From the IMG/VR virus record IMGVR_UViG_3300008954_002234: 20,000 nt of DNA; one strand, written 5' to 3'. Positions 15,939 to 20,000 of the stretch are shown piece after piece (the first letter of the stretch is position 1; the number at the start of each line of letters is the position of its first letter). This DNA is from an uncultured virus (IMG/VR IMGVR_UViG_3300008954_002234). Taxonomy: Duplodnaviria; Heunggongvirae; Uroviricota; Caudoviricetes. A model generated the notes under the pieces. The model saw only the letters and a list, made by a program, of their open reading frames with translations, had not been told where the DNA came from and did no database searches. A program made the position numbers and the translations under genes.

Positions 15939-16378
15939 TATTTAGTTGATTCTAATTTATATACAAAAAACTCACTATTTAAGAAGCTTTTATTTGCGTC
16001 CTCTGATATTACTTTAAATGATTTATTATCAAATGTTATCTTTTCCGTCTTACCTTTATTGATATAATCTCTAGCCTCTCTTTGCACTTTTATGTACACT
16101 GCCCCCTCTGAAACGTATTGAGGTATATCCCCAAGGGTCTCTTGGGTTTGATCTAAATTATAACGAATAGTTGCATCATATATTCCAGATTGCGGAACAT
16201 ATGTATAATTTACAGAACTGGCCGGATCTCCATAACCAAATAAAGAAGATGTATTTATTGAATCAACAACACGCTTTGGCTCCTTGTGAACGGTAATAGT
16301 TCTTTTAAAGGTATCAAAAATATCATTAAAAATACCAGTTAAATTATTCTTTTCAGTATCTGATATTAAGCTTGGCAT
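15938..16378 (-). CDS. Putative head closure/head-tail joining protein, 146 aa
   Basis: Size, beta-rich C-terminus (ITFDNKSFKVIS...FFVYKLE) and position match SPP1 gp16/lambda FII-type stoppers; TAATG coupling. Confidence 0.5.
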   Translation of the reverse strand: MPSLISDTEKNNLTGIFNDIFDTFKRTITVHKEPKRVVDSINTSSLFGYGDPASSVNYTYVPQSGIYDATIRYNLDQTQETLGDIPQYVSEGAVYIKVQREARDYINKGKTEKITFDNKSFKVISEDANKSFLNSEFFVYKLESTK

Positions 16379-16920
16379 TATACTGGAGCAGATGAGTAAA
16401 CTTCAGTTCTAGTAAATATTGAATCACCACCATGAACGCCCTTGACTGTATCATCACCAACAACCTGCCTAGGCCTAACTTGATTAGATTTATAATCTCT
16501 AATCAACTCTTTCATCTCTGTATATTCTTGTCTTTTTAGAGAAGTTAAAGATTTAATTACTTCGTTTTTATTAATTTTTCTTACTGTTGAACCTTGGTCT
16601 GTAACCTGAACAATTGTATCAGTCGAAGCATTTGCTATATTTGTCCTAATAGTTCTATCGTAAAAATAGATCAGAAACATCTTTTTCAAGATAGCGGCCT
16701 CGTCTATCGTAACCTCTGACTCTACAAGAACATTGTCGTTTTTCTTGTCTGTACTTTGTACTATCTCGAGAGTAGAGGATTTTATCTCAAAAAAAGTATT
16801 AATGTGACTGTTTAATCTTCCGATATTAGCGCGAACCCAATAAGATATAGAAGCTATTGAATAATTGGAATCTTCGCCTATTTCCCTGAAAAGTTCGTCT
16901 GCTATGTCTACAACCTTCAT
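16378..16920 (-). CDS. Putative head-tail adaptor/connector protein, 180 aa
   Basis: Helical protein heading the neck gene run (AAILKKMFLIYFY...VTDQGSTVRK); assigned by synteny. Confidence 0.45.
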   Translation of the reverse strand: MKVVDIADELFREIGEDSNYSIASISYWVRANIGRLNSHINTFFEIKSSTLEIVQSTDKKNDNVLVESEVTIDEAAILKKMFLIYFYDRTIRTNIANASTDTIVQVTDQGSTVRKINKNEVIKSLTSLKRQEYTEMKELIRDYKSNQVRPRQVVGDDTVKGVHGGDSIFTRTEVYSSAPV

Positions 16921-16929
16921 CGTAAAAAG

Positions 16930-16937
16930 AATTACAC
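16930..16937 (-). promoter_or_regulatory. GTGTAATT intergenic motif upstream of the neck operon
   Basis: Minus strand TTTTTA-GTGTAATT-CTTTTTACG-ATG; only 9 nt before the ATG, with no SD between. Confidence 0.55.
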
Positions 16938-16965
16938 TAAAAACAAAGGAAGTTGGCTATAAACC

Positions 16966-17928
16966 TTAACAACTAGGGCATTGTTCTCTCATAGCGTTTT
17001 GCTGTTCTACTTTAGGTAACGGCTTAAAGTTGTTGGGATTAGAAGTCTTCTTAAAAGAATCAAGAACTTCTTCGGCCTTAAATATGTTCGCGCCAGCAGG
17101 AAAAGGGCACATATGAGACTGCCCAACTATATCATCCTCTGATAGATAATAATCAGCCATATGAGTTTTTATTGGTTCGTAAGAGGAGATTATATTATCA
17201 TGGAAAGCATATCCTAGCTGTTTTACCTTGTCTACTGGCCATAGCACAGTACTTCTCCTATCAAAAACTTTAGCTGCGTGTTGGGCTAGGCTATCTATTA
17301 GTATTCTTCCTTGAGAGTATTGAATAGCTGCAATAATATGTCTTATATTGGGAGAAGTTATGAATTCTACGTCTGGAATAGCTTGTTGATTTTCTGTTTT
17401 AATCTGTAAAATTTTCCATTTTTTCTCTAGCTCTCTGCATAAATCAACAGCTAAGCCTAAAGGCATGTCCCTAACCCAAGAATAGCCTCCTTGCTCATTG
17501 CCACCATTCGTCTGTATTAGCAATAAAGGCTTGTCGTATTGAACTAAAGCGCCATAAGACTCTGATTTTTCTTGCTCTGTCAAATGCATATAAGGTTGTT
17601 CGTTATCATACTTTATATCGTTTTGAAGACACCAAGCTTCTATACAATGAACTTTTTTATTTATGTAATCTTGATGCAGATAAGGGTCAGATTTCATAAC
17701 TATAGTATCTTTGCCTTTTATAAAGTCCTCATAAAAGTAAGGGGTTTGACCCATTACATATATCCTGTAAACGTCAGGATTATTCAACCATATGGCAGAA
17801 TGCGGGCTGACTACTATAATTTCCCTGTCAGGGTGTTGTTTTTTGATGGCTTTGACTACAGCTGTAGCCATGATATTTTTTCCTATGCCGCCTTCTATAT
17901 GAAAAACTAAAAATTTTTTACCGGTCAT
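16966..17928 (-). CDS. GT9-like (heptosyltransferase-fold, GT-B) glycosyltransferase, 320 aa
   Basis: N-terminal HIEGGIGKNIMATAVVKAIKKQHPDREIIVV...WLNNPDV and C-terminal IDSLAQHAAKVFDRRSTVLW correspond to the GT9 motifs (xxGDxxxxxxxxxxLKxxxPxxxI; DSGxxHxAxAxxxPxxxLF). Confidence 0.75.
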   Translation of the reverse strand: MTGKKFLVFHIEGGIGKNIMATAVVKAIKKQHPDREIIVVSPHSAIWLNNPDVYRIYVMGQTPYFYEDFIKGKDTIVMKSDPYLHQDYINKKVHCIEAWCLQNDIKYDNEQPYMHLTEQEKSESYGALVQYDKPLLLIQTNGGNEQGGYSWVRDMPLGLAVDLCRELEKKWKILQIKTENQQAIPDVEFITSPNIRHIIAAIQYSQGRILIDSLAQHAAKVFDRRSTVLWPVDKVKQLGYAFHDNIISSYEPIKTHMADYYLSEDDIVGQSHMCPFPAGANIFKAEEVLDSFKKTSNPNNFKPLPKVEQQNAMREQCPSC

Positions 17929-18263
17929 TATACATCAATAGCCCCGCTAAGAGCGCCAGTTTTTAAATGATTATAACACTCTGTCAATAGAGAATCATAG
18001 CCAGATACATTAACTAAAAGCTCATTTGGCAAATCTTCAGATCCACCATCTATAGAAGCTGCAGAAGCCCATCGCGCACCCGAATGAGGAAATGTATTGT
18101 ATTGATAATTAATACGCATAGTATTATTTTCGGGATCATCATCTTGTTCCCCAGAGGGAACGGGTTCAGCTTTAGTCTCTAGGTTCACCTCTACTATTTT
18201 GTGATAAGCTCCTGTAAAAGTTGTGTCGAAATGATCAATGTAATGTGATTTCAAAAGTGCCAT
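17928..18263 (-). CDS. Small fibre-associated phage protein, 111 aa
   Basis: MALLKS...AYHKI...CYNHLK...GAIDV resembles small proteins commonly encoded right after phage fibre genes; SD AAGGA 7 nt upstream; TAATG-coupled to the glycosyltransferase. Confidence 0.55.
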   Translation of the reverse strand: MALLKSHYIDHFDTTFTGAYHKIVEVNLETKAEPVPSGEQDDDPENNTMRINYQYNTFPHSGARWASAASIDGGSEDLPNELLVNVSGYDSLLTECYNHLKTGALSGAIDV

Positions 18264-18308
18264 TTTATTTTCCTTTATTTATAATAGTTTTTGTTTATTT
18301 TTTCAAAA

Positions 18309-20000
18309 TTAATCGTCTCTTTCTGCGCCTTTCCAATGCTGCACAGCATCTTTGTCTTTTCTCGTAGCTATTAAAAGGACGTTATATTCTCCGTCTTTAT
18401 TAGAGCAAATACTTAAATTTTCTTGGTTTTCATCTACTTGAGCATAAGCCCTGCCAAAATGACCAACCGGCTTGATCCATACCATATCATTCTTATTAAG
18501 ATATTTATAGTAGCTTGGCAAAGCCATAATATGCTTACACCTACAAGTCTTTATTGTCCATCTATAAACATTATCTCCCTCGTTTGGTGACTCAACAAAA
18601 GAATGATTAAGCCATTTACTTTTTTTACTTGGATTAGGATGTACAATCCTAAAAGAGCCACTTGTTTTTGTTAATGGTCCTTCTAGTCTAACTTTTGTAG
18701 TAGAAGAGTTACCTATTGTTATAGTGCAGTTACCATTGCCTACAGCGTTGGTACCTATAACCATCTCAACGTTATTCATACCAATACCAACGTTACAGCT
18801 TCTAGCGCCGCTACCTATGTAGGTGCTATGGCAAGCGCACTGTGTAGCTCCCCCAGCACAAAATCCTATCATTTCAGACCGAACCACACATACAGCACTC
18901 GGACCAGCACAAGCGCCTATAAATGTAGAGATACTTACGCAGCATGTCGCTGCAGCTGCCCTAAAACCAATTGCATTAACGCCTGCTGAATACGTTCCAG
19001 TATTGCAGTGATGAGCGCAAGCTCCAATGGCAATCCCATAACACGCACGACACGCCCCATACGCTGCTCTAAAGCCAATTGCAATAAGACAGCCAGCGCA
19101 TCTTGAAGTCGTCTGTGCAGCATGCGCTAGTGATCCGATAGCTATAGTGTGATAATGTAAAGCTCCAGCACCAGCGCAACGACCCACTAGGACCTCTCCC
19201 CAATATTTACACCTACAAAAACCAGCCTTGTAACCTACAGCAATACCATAGTTATTTTGATGTTGACACTTTACCGCATTCGACCCAATGAAAGTATTAT
19301 TATGGCCAAAAACTGTTTGAAGAAGAGACGAGCCGCCTGCGCAATACCCAATAAATATTGATGAATCAATACAGCATGTCCTATTACTTTGGAAACCAGA
19401 GAAAGCACCAATACTTATATGATTACAAGAAGTATATTGTCCTGTAATAGATCTCGAGGCTGCATAGCCAAGAAGCACACTTCTGCAAGCGTGAATGTAG
19501 CAAGCTGTAGTTGTACCCAGACAACAACCCGCGAAAAATCCAATTGCAGTTACTCCACAAACTTTATTCGCATTGGGACCAGCCCCGCTTGAATCACCTA
19601 TATAGATTTCTTTTCCACAAGCGTTACCTCTTTGTTGATAACCACAGTGAACATTTCCTATGTTACCAGAACTACCAGAAGAACCAGACGTACCTGAAGT
19701 TCCAGAGTTGCCAGAATTACCCGAATTACCTGAGTTTCCAGATGTACCAGAATTACCACTGTTACCACTGTTGCCAGAATTACCAGAACTACCACTTGAA
19801 CCAGAATTACCAGAAGAACCAGAATTACCACTAGCACCAGATGAACCAGAAGTACCAGAAGTTCCTGAGTTTCCAGATGTACCAGAATTACCAGCAGCAC
19901 CAGATGAACCAGAAGTACCAGAGGTTCCAGAGTTACCCGAGTTACCAGAGTTACCTGTGTTTCCACTAGCACCAGATGAACCAGAGGTTCCAGAGGTTCC
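18309..20000 (-). CDS. Phage fibre protein: collagen-like Gly-X-Ser stalk, Cys-rich xIGxxA beta-roll repeats and C-terminal domain; 5'-truncated (>=563 aa)
   Basis: The frame of the 389-aa track ORF stays open from 19478 to 20000 on manual translation: (GTS/GNS/GSS/GAS)n-GNIGNVHCGYQQRGNACGKEIYIGDSSG..., then about 17 [IVL]G repeats, then GSFRIVHPNP...LNHSFVESP. Confidence 0.85.
   Translation of the reverse strand, partial: GTSGTSGSSGASGNTGNSGNSGNSGTSGTSGSSGAAGNSGTSGNSGTSGTSGSSGASGNSGSSGNSGSSGSSGNSGNSGNSGNSGTSGNSGNSGNSGNSGTSGTSGSSGSSGNIGNVHCGYQQRGNACGKEIYIGDSSGAGPNANKVCGVTAIGFFAGCCLGTTTACYIHACRSVLLGYAASRSITGQYTSCNHISIGAFSGFQSNRTCCIDSSIFIGYCAGGSSLLQTVFGHNNTFIGSNAVKCQHQNNYGIAVGYKAGFCRCKYWGEVLVGRCAGAGALHYHTIAIGSLAHAAQTTSRCAGCLIAIGFRAAYGACRACYGIAIGACAHHCNTGTYSAGVNAIGFRAAAATCCVSISTFIGACAGPSAVCVVRSEMIGFCAGGATQCACHSTYIGSGARSCNVGIGMNNVEMVIGTNAVGNGNCTITIGNSSTTKVRLEGPLTKTSGSFRIVHPNPSKKSKWLNHSFVESPNEGDNVYRWTIKTCRCKHIMALPSYYKYLNKNDMVWIKPVGHFGRAYAQVDENQENLSICSNKDGEYNVLLIATRKDKDAVQHWKGAERDD
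19650..20000 (-). repeat. 9-bp-period coding repeat: 39 uninterrupted Gly-X-Y triplets
   Basis: GGN-(AAY/ACN/TCN/AGT/GCT)-(TCN/AGT) units; Y is nearly always Ser; no Pro and no charged residue; continues beyond the window. Confidence 0.95.

Noticed and set aside
16938..16968. Terminator after the glycosyltransferase gene
   Set aside because: A T-rich tract is present but only a weak, imperfect stem can be drawn.
18276..18283. T4 late-promoter consensus TATAAATA upstream of the 111-aa gene
   Set aside because: Single intergenic occurrence in a very AT-rich gap, abutting the SD so that a transcript would lose it; the other gaps use a different motif.
19476..19478. GTG start for the 389-aa ORF
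   Set aside because: The frame is open to the window edge, so the true start lies beyond 20000.
1427..19834. All plus-strand ORFs in the track (60-184 aa) and the short minus ORFs 5867-6052 and 18935-19123
   Set aside because: They lie fully inside long, coupled minus-strand genes and have antisense or alternate-frame composition with no recognisable motifs.
19658..19972. 104-aa Leu/Val-rich minus ORF and 107-aa QNY-repeat plus ORF (19511-19834)
   Set aside because: Both are alternate-frame readings of the Gly-X-Ser repeat; synonymous variation preserves the Gly-X-Ser frame.
19650..20000. CRISPR array or DGR template repeat
   Set aside because: The 9-bp periodicity is explained by codons; there is no repeat-spacer structure, no reverse transcriptase and no adenine-specific variant pair in the window.
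1..20000. Stop-codon reassignment
   Set aside because: Genes tile the strand almost without gaps under the standard code, with TAA and TGA stops at coupled junctions. TAG is not used as a stop in the called genes, but no gene appears interrupted by it either.

Overview
AT-rich, densely packed block of a tailed dsDNA phage (or prophage) virion morphogenesis module. All credible genes lie on the minus strand. Reading in transcription order (right to left): a 5'-truncated fibre protein (Pro-free Gly-X-Ser collagen-like stalk, Cys-rich xIGxxA beta-roll repeats, conserved C-terminal domain), a small fibre-associated protein, a GT9-like (GT-B) glycosyltransferase, four head-tail/neck-type genes, a tail tube protein with an internal duplication followed by a strong intrinsic terminator, three small or medium genes in the tail-chaperone position (two of them apparent paralogues), a 1926-aa tape measure protein (TMP), two paralogous ~600-aa beta-repeat tail tip/hub-like proteins, and a 3'-truncated LamG-like protein missing from the ORF track. 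No sheath gene lies next to the tube, which suggests a long non-contractile tail. Most interesting: (1) the TMP has four GG[Y][VI]P[NS]F-type motifs bracketing globular inserts, one resembling a PD-(D/E)xK nuclease; (2) [S/T]-G dipeptides are strongly enriched in exposed virion proteins next to a phage glycosyltransferase, suggesting virion glycosylation; (3) a GTGTAATT-like motif recurs in four of five intergenic gaps (candidate late promoter); (4) duplicated chaperones may replace the usual G/GT frameshift. All function calls come from motif reading and gene order only; no database searches were run.
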